Below, piece by piece: positions 11,841 through 20,820 of a stretch of DNA of 36,762 nucleotides. The position numbers and the translations under genes are program-made. The stretch covers positions 1 through 36,762 of the forward strand of contig JAUYLB010000040.1 of the NCBI GenBank assembly GCA_030699785.1, written 5' to 3'. The notes under the pieces were generated by a model. It worked only from the letters and a program-made list of their open reading frames with translations, was not told the origin of the DNA and did no database searches. The stretch's first letter is position 1; every line of letters starts with the position of its first letter. This stretch comes from a bacterium (GTDB lineage Bacteria; Patescibacteriota; Minisyncoccia; Minisyncoccales; UBA10102).

Positions 11841-12779
11841 GAGAAAGGATGCCACAAGACAAGAGGCTTCGTTTTTGTTTGATACCCAATGGACACGCTT
11901 GTCTTTTGTAAACCATCCAAGCTGTCTTTTGACAAAACGCATAGTATCTTGTTCCAATTTCAGAAGCATCTGCTCTTTGGAAATTTTATTCCGAAGAAAG
12001 CGAGACATCCATCGATACTCAAGCCCCAGTTCTTCCATTCTTTTCCAGGAGAGCCCTTCTTTGTGCAGTTTTTTAACTTCTGCAACCATTCCTCCTCTTA
12101 CTCGTTTTATAAGTCTGCTATGTACACGATTAAGCAGCGTTTCCCGTAACATATCAATGCCTATAAATAGCGCAGAGAAGAGGGGTAAAGAACTACAAAA
12201 CGGAGGAACAGGTTTTCCCGTTTCTAGAACAATTTCAAGGGCTCTTGTGAGCCTTCTTTTGTTCTTGTCCTGGCCAGAGCTATCCTGCAAAGAGTGCGCT
12301 CGTACGGGGTCAAGCTCTTTGAGCATCTCGTGGAGCTCTTGAGCAGAATATTTCTCAAGTCTGGCGCGAAGAACAGCATTTGGCTTCACCTCAGGAAGAA
12401 TAAGGCCGTCGCATACGGTGTACACATAGAAGGGGCTTCCTCCAACAAGAAAAGGAGTGTTTCCTCTTTGCTGAATAGTTTGAATTGCTTTATTCGCAAG
12501 CTTTTGGTACCGCGCAACCGAAAACGTTTGTTTTGGAGAAGCAATATCCAGAAGATGGTGGGGAACTCCCTTCTGCTCTTTTTTGGTAATTTTTCCCGCC
12601 CCAATATCTAATCCTCTATATACCTGTCTTGAGTCTGCCGAAATAACCTCTCCTTGAAATTGTTTTGCCAAAAAAACACCAAGGTCGCTTTTCCCCGAAG
12701 AGGTGGGGCCAACAATGGCTATGAGTTTCTTTTGAGATTCAATTTTTGTTTTTAATCTCGTCATGCAAGAGAGTGGCAA
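11829..12779 (-). CDS. miaA: tRNA dimethylallyltransferase
   Basis: IAIVGPTSSGKS P-loop and SADSRQVYRGLDIGAGK. The start could instead be 12764. The gene overlaps the thrS 3' end and is convergent with gatB, overlapping it by 12 nt. Confidence 0.9.
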   Translation of the reverse strand: MPLSCMTRLKTKIESQKKLIAIVGPTSSGKSDLGVFLAKQFQGEVISADSRQVYRGLDIGAGKITKKEQKGVPHHLLDIASPKQTFSVARYQKLANKAIQTIQQRGNTPFLVGGSPFYVYTVCDGLILPEVKPNAVLRARLEKYSAQELHEMLKELDPVRAHSLQDSSGQDKNKRRLTRALEIVLETGKPVPPFCSSLPLFSALFIGIDMLRETLLNRVHSRLIKRVRGGMVAEVKKLHKEGLSWKRMEELGLEYRWMSRFLRNKISKEQMLLKLEQDTMRFVKRQLGWFTKDKRVHWVSNKNEASCLVASFLLNQ

Positions 12780-14481
12780 GCTCCTCTATCTTCATTTCGC
12801 CAACATCTCCTCCACCTCTTTTTCGAACGCTTATGGTTCCATTTGCCTCCTCCTTTTCTCCCACAACAAGAAGGTAGGGGATTTTTGCCTTCTCTCCTTC
12901 TCGAATCTTCTTGCCAAGCGTTTCGGAATCATTTCGCACCAAAAGGCGCAGAGAAACGCTTGAAGTATCTTGCAATGTTTGGGCAATTTTTTCTCCCAGC
13001 TTATTCCACTTATCTGAAACAGGAAGAATCCATGCCTGCTCGGGAGAAAGCCAGAGAGGGAATGCTCCGGCGTAGTGTTCAATAAGAACTCCCAAGAAAC
13101 GCTCCGCGGATCCCGCGATAGCGCTATGAATCATAATGGGGGTACGGCGGATTCCTTCTTCGTCAATATATTCAAGCTGAAAGCGCTGGGGCATAGTAAA
13201 GTCCAGTTGCACGGTAGATAGTTGCCACTCACGACCCAGGGAATCTTGAGCAATAAGATCCATTTTTGGGCCGTAAAAGGCAGCCTCTCCTAGAGCTTCC
13301 TTGTATGATATTTTTTGCTCGCGCAAGAGTTCTCGCATCAAATGCTGGGACTTTTCCCACACAATATCATCTCCCAGGTAGTTTTCTTTTTTTGCTTCGT
13401 CTCGCAAGGAAAGTCTCATCCAGTACTTCATGCCGTATGTTTCCATGGTTTCGCGTATAGCATGGAGCAGTTTTGAAAATTCCTCTTGTATCTGATCTTC
13501 TCTGCAAAAACAATGGGCATCGTCTTGGGAAAAAGCGCGCAGTCTTGTAAGTCCGGAGAGTTCTCCCGGCTTTTCGTCACGATACAGATTGGCAAAGTCC
13601 GCGATACGAACAGGAAGGTCACGATAACTTCTTGTGCGGGAAGCATAAATCTGTGTGTGCTGAGGACAATTCATGGGCTTAAGAAAATACTCCTCTTCTG
13701 TGTAGTTGGAATATACGCGGAACATGTCGTCTTTGTATTTCTCGTAGTGTCCAGAAACTTTAAAAAGTTCCGCCTTGTTTATTTGGGGGGTGTGCACCTC
13801 CTGATAGCCCATCTTTTTTCTTAGCTCTCTTGAGTAGTCTCGTATCGCCTGCAAAAGAACCATGCCTTTGGGGGCATACAAGGGAAGTCCGGGGCCAACA
13901 AGCTCTGAGAACACAAACAGATCCAGCTCTTTTCCAAGCTTTCTATGATCGCGTTTTTTTGCCTCTTCAAGCATTTCTAGGTGAGAAAGAAGCTCTTTTT
14001 TTGTCTGAAACGCCATGCCATAGATGCGCGTAAGCATGGTGTTTTTCTCGTCTCCTCTCCAGTAAGCTCCCGCCAGGTGGGAGAGTCTGAAACTTTCAGG
14101 ATCAATAGAGCTCATATCATCCACGTGTCCACCTCGGCACAAATCGGTAAAAGAACCGGAAGTATAGAGAGTAATGGGGGACCCCTCTTTAACAATGCCA
14201 TCAATAAGCTCAAGCTTGTACGGGTTGGTTTTAAAAAGCTCTCGCGCCTCTTGTTCTGAAACTTCTCTGCCGGAAAACCCTTTCCAAGTTGGCAGAAGCT
14301 CTTTCATCTTTGCTTCTATTCTGGGTAGATCATCCTCTCCAACAGGAGAAGAAAATTCAAAGTCATAGTAAAAGCCGGTCTCGATAGCGGGCCCTAATGT
14401 TGGTTTTGCGTTGGGGTACAAATCCAATACGGCGGTGGCAAGCAGGTGAGCCAATGAGTGGCGAGTATGTTCTATGTTCAT
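12739..14481 (-). CDS. thrS: Threonine--tRNA ligase, lacking the N-terminal TGS domain
   Basis: 580 aa that starts directly in the editing domain (HTRHSLAHLL, DLCRGGH). Class II core motifs include FRDEKPGELSGLTRLRAF, and an anticodon-binding domain follows. Confidence 0.95.
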   Translation of the reverse strand: MNIEHTRHSLAHLLATAVLDLYPNAKPTLGPAIETGFYYDFEFSSPVGEDDLPRIEAKMKELLPTWKGFSGREVSEQEARELFKTNPYKLELIDGIVKEGSPITLYTSGSFTDLCRGGHVDDMSSIDPESFRLSHLAGAYWRGDEKNTMLTRIYGMAFQTKKELLSHLEMLEEAKKRDHRKLGKELDLFVFSELVGPGLPLYAPKGMVLLQAIRDYSRELRKKMGYQEVHTPQINKAELFKVSGHYEKYKDDMFRVYSNYTEEEYFLKPMNCPQHTQIYASRTRSYRDLPVRIADFANLYRDEKPGELSGLTRLRAFSQDDAHCFCREDQIQEEFSKLLHAIRETMETYGMKYWMRLSLRDEAKKENYLGDDIVWEKSQHLMRELLREQKISYKEALGEAAFYGPKMDLIAQDSLGREWQLSTVQLDFTMPQRFQLEYIDEEGIRRTPIMIHSAIAGSAERFLGVLIEHYAGAFPLWLSPEQAWILPVSDKWNKLGEKIAQTLQDTSSVSLRLLVRNDSETLGKKIREGEKAKIPYLLVVGEKEEANGTISVRKRGGGDVGEMKIEELATLLHDEIKNKN

Positions 14482-14506
14482 ATGTCGCAGTTATTGTATC
14501 CTCCAA

Positions 14507-14641
14507 ATTACGTAACTTTTTGCTCGGATATATTTTTGCCGCGGACCGTCATAAAATCCTGCTGGATTTTTGACTCGCTCTCGCGCCGTCGCGCTTCCGA
14601 GGGCCGCTACAAAAACATATTCCTCACTAAGTTTCGTAATT
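14507..14641 (-). repeat. ~135-nt hairpin repeat, copy A (inverted orientation)
   Basis: The reverse complement reads ACGAAACTTAGTGAGGAATATGTTTTTGTAGCGGCCCTCGGAAGCGCGACGGCGCGAGAGCGAGTCAAAAATCCAGCAGGATTTTATGACGGTCCGCGGCAAAAATATATCCGAGCAAAAAGTTACGT. It lies between the dnaE stop and the thrS start. Confidence 0.9.
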
Positions 14642-14650
14642 TGGAGTGTA

Positions 14651-17600
14651 TCATATTTCTTTAAGTTCTTCCACTTCGTCGGCAACAAACTTGCGCTCTC
14701 CATTTCGCGTGTCGGGCCTTCCCACAATAAACAGAATTCTGTCGGGCTGAAGAATCTCGGACTTCTCTTCAAATAAGCTCGAAAAGATAACCACTTCAAT
14801 TTTATTGGTAAGATCTTCTAAAAGCAAAAAGAGCATGGGTTTTCCTGTCTTGGTTATTACCTTCTTGGCGCTTGAAACAATGCCACATATGCGAATCTTT
14901 CCTGTTATGGGGAGCTGACCGTCGTCTTCGTACAACGTGCTGATCGGAAAAGCCTTTTGCGCTATCTGAGGCGCAAGGCGTTTGAGGGGATGGGAAGTAA
15001 CATACAATCCCAGAAGCTCCTTCTCCCACCGCAGGATTTCTCGCTCACTCGCGGGGGAAGCATCTTCAAGAATCGAAGAAATAGATGACTGCATGCTCGA
15101 ACCAAAAAGAGACGTTTGGGATCCATTCTGCATTTTTGCTCCCTCTCTTGCGATACTCAAGAGCCGATCGCTGTTGCTTAAGAGACGATTTCTCTCACCA
15201 AACTGATCAAAAACCCCCGCTTTTACCATGCTTTCTAAAGATTTTTTATTCAGATCGCGGGAGCTTACACGAGAGACAAAATCCTGAATAGACAAAAAGC
15301 GACCGTTCGCCTTTCGTTCTTGAATGATACAGTCGACAATTTTCTCTCCCACGTTTTTAATGGCAGATAGCCCAAAACGAATTTGACCCCTGTCTGACAC
15401 CACACTGAATTGACTGAAACTCTCATTAATATCGGGAGAAAGAACCTCAACACCCATTTTTTTGCATTCATCAATCAAAAACGCGACTCGTTCTACATCT
15501 CCTCGTTCCGCCGTTATGAGGGCAGACATAAACTCAAGGGGATAGTGAGCCTTTAGCCAGGCGGTCTGGTAGGCGATAATGGCATAGGCGGCCGCATGAC
15601 TTCTATTAAATCCATATTTTGCAAATGGAAGTATCCACTCCCAGATCTGCTCTGCCACCTGGCGGTTAATACCGTTTCGGGTCATACCATCAATAAATTT
15701 ACCCTTTTGTTCTACAAGAAGCTTTTCTATCTTTTTTCCCACCGCTTTTCTTAAAACATCCGCCTCACCAACAGAAAATCCCGCAAGACTCGTTGCAATG
15801 TGCATAAGTTGTTCTTGAAAGATGCAGATACCTTGAGTATTTTTTAAAATTGGCTCCAGGGCAGGATGCAGATATTCGATGGTTCTTCTCCCATGTTTGC
15901 GAGCAATATATTCAGGAATGAGCTCCATGGGACCGGGACGATACAAAGCTATCATAGCAATTAAGTCTTCAAACTCTGTAGGTCTCATCTCTCTAAGGTA
16001 CCTGCGCATACCAGACGACTCTACTTGAAAGATGCCTATGGTCTCGGCTTTCCGAAGAAGTTCAAACACCTTTGGGTCGTCGTGAGGAATCCGCTCTATA
16101 TCCACATTCACTTTGTGAATGGCGTACACGCGCTTGAGTGTGTCTTCGATAATACTTAAGTTCTTTAGTCCTAAAAAATCCATTTTGAGAAGACCTATGT
16201 CTTCAACACTCTTCATGTCGTACTGTGTCACAATGTTCTGATCCGTCTGCGTGGGACGCTGAACAGGCACAAGTGTTCGCAGAGAATCAGCTGAAATCAC
16301 AATGCCACACGCGTGCGTAGAAGCGTGCCTGGCAACCCCCTCCAGTTTTTTCCCAAGATCAATAAGACGACGAGCTTTTTCATTTGAATCATAAAAATCT
16401 CGAAATTCTTCCACGTTATCCAGCGTCATTTGCAATGTATGGGCAAATGGGATCATCTTTGCTGTCTTGTCGCAGTAGCTGTACTCATATCCCAAGGCTC
16501 TTCCAACATCTCGAATGACTGCGCGCGCAGCCATGGTTCCAAAAGTTATAATTTGAGCAACATGATCTCTCCCGTATTTGTCGGCAACATAGTTTATAAC
16601 TTCATCACGACGATGGTCGGCAAAGTCTAAATCAATATCGGGCATGGAGATGCGCTCACGATTTAAGAATCGGTCAAAGAGCAGGTTATACTGCAAAGGG
16701 TTAACGTTGGTAATACTCAAAACATATGAAACAAGAGACCCACCCGCCGATCCTCTCCCTGGTCCCACCACAATGTGCCTTTTCTTGGCCCAGTTCACCA
16801 AATCCTGCACAATAAGAAAGTAAGTGGCATATCCTGTTTGCGCGATAACTTGCAGTTCATCTTCTAGACGCTCTTTTGCGGCTTGGGATCCATTAAATTC
16901 GGATTTCATGGCCAGACCCTCAAACGCAAGCTCTCTCAAAAATTCATCTGCTGTTTTCCCATTTGGAAGAGGATAGGGAGGCAATTTAATAGTACCCAAC
17001 TCCAGCTCAAAAGAGCAGGAATCAGCAATTTTGCAAGAGTTCTCAAGAGCTTCTGGAACATCTAGAAAGTGTTCTGCCATCTCTTTGGGTCCTCGCATAG
17101 AGAAATCATCGTGACGCAAAGAAAGGCGCTCTTCATCGTCATGTTTTGCTCCCGTGTTGATGAGCATAAGAACGTCTTGCGCTTCCGCGTCTTCGGGACG
17201 CATATAGTGACAGTCTGCCGTTGCTATGAGTGGAATACCTGTTTCTTTTGCTATTTTTTTAATTTCTTTGTTCACTTTTGCCTGCTCGGGAATGTTTGCG
17301 TGGTGCTGAATCTCAAGGTAGAAGTTGCCCTTGCCAAATAGTCCTTCGTATCGTATCGCGAGCTTCTTGGCGTCTTCCAGACGACCCGAGAGAATCAGTT
17401 GAGGAATTTTTCCTTTTAAACAACCCGAAAGCGCGGTAATGCCTTCCGCGTGTGTATCTAAGAGTTCCTCATCTATTCTGGGTTTGTAGTAGAAGCCATT
17501 CAAATGAGCTTCTGTCACTAATGCAACAAGGTTTTGGTATCCTTGCTTTGTGCGAGCAAGCAAAAGAAAATGGTAACTCTTGTCATCAATGCCCGAACGC

Positions 17601-17854
17601 TTCTGCTCCCTGCCTTCTTGCGCAACATAGACTTCGCACCCAATGATTGGCTTAATGCCTCGCGCGCGCGCCTTCTTGGAAAATTCTACCGCGCCGTACA
17701 TTACTCCATGGTCGGTCAGAGCAACGCTATTCATGCCCAGCTCCTCAACCCGATCCAATAACTGATCTATTTTTGCCAAACCGTCCAGCAAGGAGTAGTG
17801 CGAATGAACATGAAGATGAACAAATGAAAGTTTAGACATACAATATTTTGTCAT
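14651..17854 (-). CDS. dnaE: DNA polymerase III alpha subunit
   Basis: 1067 aa with the PHP domain (FVHLHVHSHYSLLDG), the polymerase core (PDIDLDF, GLLKMDFLGL) and a C-terminal OB fold. An alternative start is at 17839. Confidence 0.96.
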   Translation of the reverse strand: MTKYCMSKLSFVHLHVHSHYSLLDGLAKIDQLLDRVEELGMNSVALTDHGVMYGAVEFSKKARARGIKPIIGCEVYVAQEGREQKRSGIDDKSYHFLLLARTKQGYQNLVALVTEAHLNGFYYKPRIDEELLDTHAEGITALSGCLKGKIPQLILSGRLEDAKKLAIRYEGLFGKGNFYLEIQHHANIPEQAKVNKEIKKIAKETGIPLIATADCHYMRPEDAEAQDVLMLINTGAKHDDEERLSLRHDDFSMRGPKEMAEHFLDVPEALENSCKIADSCSFELELGTIKLPPYPLPNGKTADEFLRELAFEGLAMKSEFNGSQAAKERLEDELQVIAQTGYATYFLIVQDLVNWAKKRHIVVGPGRGSAGGSLVSYVLSITNVNPLQYNLLFDRFLNRERISMPDIDLDFADHRRDEVINYVADKYGRDHVAQIITFGTMAARAVIRDVGRALGYEYSYCDKTAKMIPFAHTLQMTLDNVEEFRDFYDSNEKARRLIDLGKKLEGVARHASTHACGIVISADSLRTLVPVQRPTQTDQNIVTQYDMKSVEDIGLLKMDFLGLKNLSIIEDTLKRVYAIHKVNVDIERIPHDDPKVFELLRKAETIGIFQVESSGMRRYLREMRPTEFEDLIAMIALYRPGPMELIPEYIARKHGRRTIEYLHPALEPILKNTQGICIFQEQLMHIATSLAGFSVGEADVLRKAVGKKIEKLLVEQKGKFIDGMTRNGINRQVAEQIWEWILPFAKYGFNRSHAAAYAIIAYQTAWLKAHYPLEFMSALITAERGDVERVAFLIDECKKMGVEVLSPDINESFSQFSVVSDRGQIRFGLSAIKNVGEKIVDCIIQERKANGRFLSIQDFVSRVSSRDLNKKSLESMVKAGVFDQFGERNRLLSNSDRLLSIAREGAKMQNGSQTSLFGSSMQSSISSILEDASPASEREILRWEKELLGLYVTSHPLKRLAPQIAQKAFPISTLYEDDGQLPITGKIRICGIVSSAKKVITKTGKPMLFLLLEDLTNKIEVVIFSSLFEEKSEILQPDRILFIVGRPDTRNGERKFVADEVEELKEI

Positions 17855-17905
17855 TTTACCTTAGTATGGCACAGAAGACAACTTCGCCTTTTTTACTTTT
17901 CTTGA

Positions 17906-17911
17906 TAGAAT
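17906..17911 (+). promoter_or_regulatory. Extended -10 element (TGaTAGAAT) 6 nt upstream of the rnhB ATG
   Basis: CTTGATAGAATGACGCAATG. The distance from the -10 to the ATG implies a leaderless or near-leaderless rnhB mRNA. Confidence 0.35.
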
Positions 17912-17917
17912 GACGCA

Positions 17918-18526
17918 ATGAAAAGAAACGTGATGTATGTTGACGAGGTGGGGAGAGGAGCGTTGGCAGGACCTGTTTTGGCCTGCGCCGTTTGTATTCC
18001 GCTTCTTACTCCCCAGCTTGCGCAATTTGGGAAGAAAGATTCAAAACAGCTCTCTCCAGGCAAAAGAGAAGAAATTTACAAAGCTATCATTCAACATTCG
18101 GGCGTTCTGTGGGGGCTTGGTGTTGCCTCCTCTATGGTAATAGACAAAATCAACATCCACCAGGCAACAAGATTTGCCATGAAGCAAGCGGTGCAATCTC
18201 TTAGGCAAAAACTCAAAAAGAGGGGAGTAACGGCGCTTTCTCTCGTGATTGATGGTACATCTCTTTTGGATATACAGCTTCCCCAAAAAGCGATTCCAAA
18301 AGCCGACGCTCTCTTTGCTCCCTGCGCGATTGCCTCTATTATCGCCAAAGTAAAGCGCGATCGTCTTATGGTAGCGTACCACAAGAGACTACCAAGCTAC
18401 TGTTTTCAGAAACACAAGGGGTACGGGACTGCAGAACATCTCATGGCTATTTCCAGTTACGGACCATGCGCGATTCACCGCATGTCTTTCTCTCCCATCA
18501 AATCACGTGATACACTGTCTGTATGA
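17918..18526 (+). CDS. rnhB: Ribonuclease HII
   Basis: VDEVGRGALAGPV, DSKQLS and HKGYGTAEH motifs. Confidence 0.92.
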   Translation: MKRNVMYVDEVGRGALAGPVLACAVCIPLLTPQLAQFGKKDSKQLSPGKREEIYKAIIQHSGVLWGLGVASSMVIDKINIHQATRFAMKQAVQSLRQKLKKRGVTALSLVIDGTSLLDIQLPQKAIPKADALFAPCAIASIIAKVKRDRLMVAYHKRLPSYCFQKHKGYGTAEHLMAISSYGPCAIHRMSFSPIKSRDTLSV

Positions 18527-18855
18527 ACCGTGAAGATCTAGAGCGCGATACCACCATAGAATTTTTTAGAGCATCGGGTCCCGGAGGCCAACACCGCAAC
18601 AAGAGAGAAACGGGCGTGCGTCTTACGTACACCCCATTGAATATTGTTATTGAGGCAACAGAAGAACGGTCTCAAGCTCAAAATAGGGAAATAGCCTTTA
18701 AACGGCTTGGGGAGAAATTAGAAGAACTCTCCCGCCCAATAAAATCCAGAATTCCAACACGGGTCTCCAGGGCAAAAAAAGAACAACGACTCAAAGAAAA
18801 ACACCAAGTAACAGAAAAAAAGAAGCTACGTAAACCCCCTGAAGTCAATTTATAA
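18523..18855 (+). CDS. arfB: Peptidyl-tRNA hydrolase ArfB-like (GGQ / RF-1 domain protein)
   Basis: 110 aa with ASGPGGQHRNKRETGVRL plus a basic C-terminal tail (RVSRAKKEQRLKEKH). It overlaps the rnhB stop by 4 nt. Confidence 0.8.
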   Translation: MNREDLERDTTIEFFRASGPGGQHRNKRETGVRLTYTPLNIVIEATEERSQAQNREIAFKRLGEKLEELSRPIKSRIPTRVSRAKKEQRLKEKHQVTEKKKLRKPPEVNL

Positions 18856-18877
18856 AATTTGGTTTTTGCCACTCAAA

Positions 18878-18952
18878 CTTGCCGTCGGCAAGTTATCCAC
18901 ACCTTGCCGAGGGCAAGGAAATACGAGGGCAAGGAAATATTAAGCGACATTA
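18878..18952 (+). repeat. DnaA-box hairpin repeat, copy G2, with an internal 16-nt tandem duplication
   Basis: CTTGCCGTCGGCAAGTTATCCACACCTTGCCGAGGGCAAGGAAATA CGAGGGCAAGGAAATA TTAAGCGACATTA, with TTATCCACA at 18893-18901. Confidence 0.7.
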
Positions 18953-18973
18953 AAATAATGCAATATAAATTAT

Positions 18974-19531
18974 ATGAGATGTCCATGGTCTGAAAAAAGC
19001 GATACAATGCGGTCTTATCACGATACAGAATGGGGCACTCCTCAAAGAGACGATCAAATCCTTTTTGAATATATTCTGCTTGACTCCTTTCAAGCAGGAT
19101 TAAGTTGGGCAACCATTTTGAACAAAAGAGAAAACTTTAGAAAAGCATTTGATTCTTTTGATCCAAACAGCATTGCTTTGTATGGCAAAAAGAAAGTCGA
19201 TTCTCTTTTAAAAAACGAAGGAATCGTGCGCCACAGAGGAAAGATTGAGGCCACCATTGGAAACGCAAAAACATTTCTTACTATCCAAGAAGAGTATGGG
19301 AGCTTTTCTGCGTACCTTTGGAGCTGGGTGAATGAAATCTCTATTCAGAACCAATGTAAAAACGAACAAGATGTACCCACCCACACGGAACTTTCAGATA
19401 CGATAAGCGCGGATCTCAAAAAGAGGGGATTTCGCTTTTTTGGGTCTACCATCTGCTATGCCTTTTTGCAGGGGTGCGGGGTTGTAAACGATCACCTCAC
19501 AACTTGCGATAGGTTTAAAAGTCTTTCATAG
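18974..19531 (+). CDS. tag: DNA-3-methyladenine glycosylase I
   Basis: MRCPW..YHDTEWGTP..LFEYILLDSFQAGLSWATILNKRENFRKAF, with C-terminal Cys/His ligands. Confidence 0.92.
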   Translation: MRCPWSEKSDTMRSYHDTEWGTPQRDDQILFEYILLDSFQAGLSWATILNKRENFRKAFDSFDPNSIALYGKKKVDSLLKNEGIVRHRGKIEATIGNAKTFLTIQEEYGSFSAYLWSWVNEISIQNQCKNEQDVPTHTELSDTISADLKKRGFRFFGSTICYAFLQGCGVVNDHLTTCDRFKSLS

Positions 19532-19619
19532 AAGAGCGCACTATATTGCGAGCAGAAAAGAAATATGATACACTATTGAATTCCAAGTTATGAAACTTGG
19601 AAAGAAGGGGGATGAGCAG

Positions 19620-20102
19620 ATGAGCATGAGAGTTATTGACATGACTCGAGAACAGATCCTAGAAACGGTTTATAATGCTCTTTGGTGCGAAGTGAAAAAA
19701 CACAAGGATGCGATACGAAGTTTAGGAGGGCCACCATCTACGGTTGAGCTAGACGGTGGACTATTATTGAAAGTCTCTCCAAGTCCAGAAGATTGTCACA
19801 GGGACAATCTGATGAGATTGAGAGAAGTTCTTCACGAGATCGACGCATTGCAGAAGAAGCCTTGCAAGATCATTGTCGCCACTATCCGGTGGCAAGATAG
19901 CGACAACGATCTCTGCCCATCCAACATTATTGTTTTCCCTGCTTCCATTCCTACTATTCCCATGGGGGATGGCGACCTCGTCCTTTCCAAAGAAACGACT
20001 ATCGGTGAGATCCTGCAAAGAGCAATTCAGAAGAAAGGAGAGGCAATCACGGAAGACGTAGGATTCGATATCTTAACGCTGACTACCATAGGAATTGCGT
20101 AA
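19620..20102 (+). CDS. Hypothetical protein (orphan, no recognised domain)
   Basis: 160-aa ORF taken from the ATG at 19620, preceded by an AGGGGGA Shine-Dalgarno site. It has its own downstream terminator. Confidence 0.6.
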   Translation: MSMRVIDMTREQILETVYNALWCEVKKHKDAIRSLGGPPSTVELDGGLLLKVSPSPEDCHRDNLMRLREVLHEIDALQKKPCKIIVATIRWQDSDNDLCPSNIIVFPASIPTIPMGDGDLVLSKETTIGEILQRAIQKKGEAITEDVGFDILTLTTIGIA

Positions 20103-20119
20103 AAGTGGGTAGAAAGAAG

Positions 20120-20150
20120 AGCCCTACTGATATCATCGGCAGGGCTTTTT
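20120..20150 (+). terminator. Intrinsic terminator after the orphan gene
   Basis: AGCCCTACTGAT-ATC-ATCGGCAGGGCTTTTT. Confidence 0.65.
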
Positions 20151-20204
20151 CATGTCCGTTTCAACCTTTGACCATAGGGGCAAAGTGTGGTAGAAGGGAC
20201 CATT

Positions 20205-20762
20205 ATGGAGAGGCAAATACGAGTAAAAAACGCACGAATTCAATACGCGGTCAAGAGGACTTCTGCGGTAAAATCGCCCAGTTTAAGGGCATATCGCAAC
20301 GGACGATTTGTGGTGCTCGCTCCTATAGGCATGAGGTATGACCGTATTCAGGAGTTTTTAAGAACCAAGGCCGACTGGCTGTTAGAACAGTACCGTTTTT
20401 TCCTTCGCTTTCAGGACAGGCTTTTATTTATGAATGGCAGAAAAACCTATCTGGCTCATAAAGAAGAAGCGCGAGCTTTTGTAGAAAACAGACTTGCGCG
20501 CTACGCAAAAATATATGGGGTTTCTCCAAATCAGGTTCGCATAAAGAACCACAAGGTAACATGGGGAAGCTGTTCTGAAAATGGGAATTTGAACTTTAAT
20601 TACAAACTTCTTTTTCTTCCTTCTAGACTGGCAAACTACCTCATTGTCCATGAGCTCTGCCACCTAAAAGAGTTTAATCACTCTCTTAAATTTTGGAAGC
20701 TAGTAGAAAAAAGCTTCCCGGACTACCAAAAGCTCGAGCAAGAATTAAGATACCGCTACTAA
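20205..20762 (+). CDS. YgjP-like metal-dependent hydrolase (DUF45 / M48-like, HExxH)
   Basis: IVHELCHLKEFNHSLKFW motif and a WGSCS segment. The start is taken at MERQIRV. Confidence 0.8.
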   Translation: MERQIRVKNARIQYAVKRTSAVKSPSLRAYRNGRFVVLAPIGMRYDRIQEFLRTKADWLLEQYRFFLRFQDRLLFMNGRKTYLAHKEEARAFVENRLARYAKIYGVSPNQVRIKNHKVTWGSCSENGNLNFNYKLLFLPSRLANYLIVHELCHLKEFNHSLKFWKLVEKSFPDYQKLEQELRYRY

Positions 20763-20820
20763 GCCCATGACTTCCTCCAAAGAAGATGGGGGACTAGCAT
20801 GTTTATTTATTTTCCAATAA

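Noticed and set aside
12763-14368. Multiple + strand ORFs inside thrS (for example 13486..13824 and 13981..14259).
   Set aside because: All are shadow ORFs antisense to the well-supported thrS gene.
7481-18901. Two perfect DnaA boxes, with gyrB in the window, might mark the replication origin.
   Set aside because: There are only two boxes, 11 kb apart, and each is embedded in a copy of a repeat family. No dnaA or dnaN, no cluster of boxes and no adjacent AT-rich unwinding element is seen. gyrB is preceded by pheST rather than dnaA-dnaN-recF.
20105-20341. ORF 20105..20341 (+), 78 aa.
   Set aside because: It starts inside the terminator hairpin of the preceding gene and overlaps, in another frame, the 5' end of the YgjP-like gene. 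No supporting motif is present.
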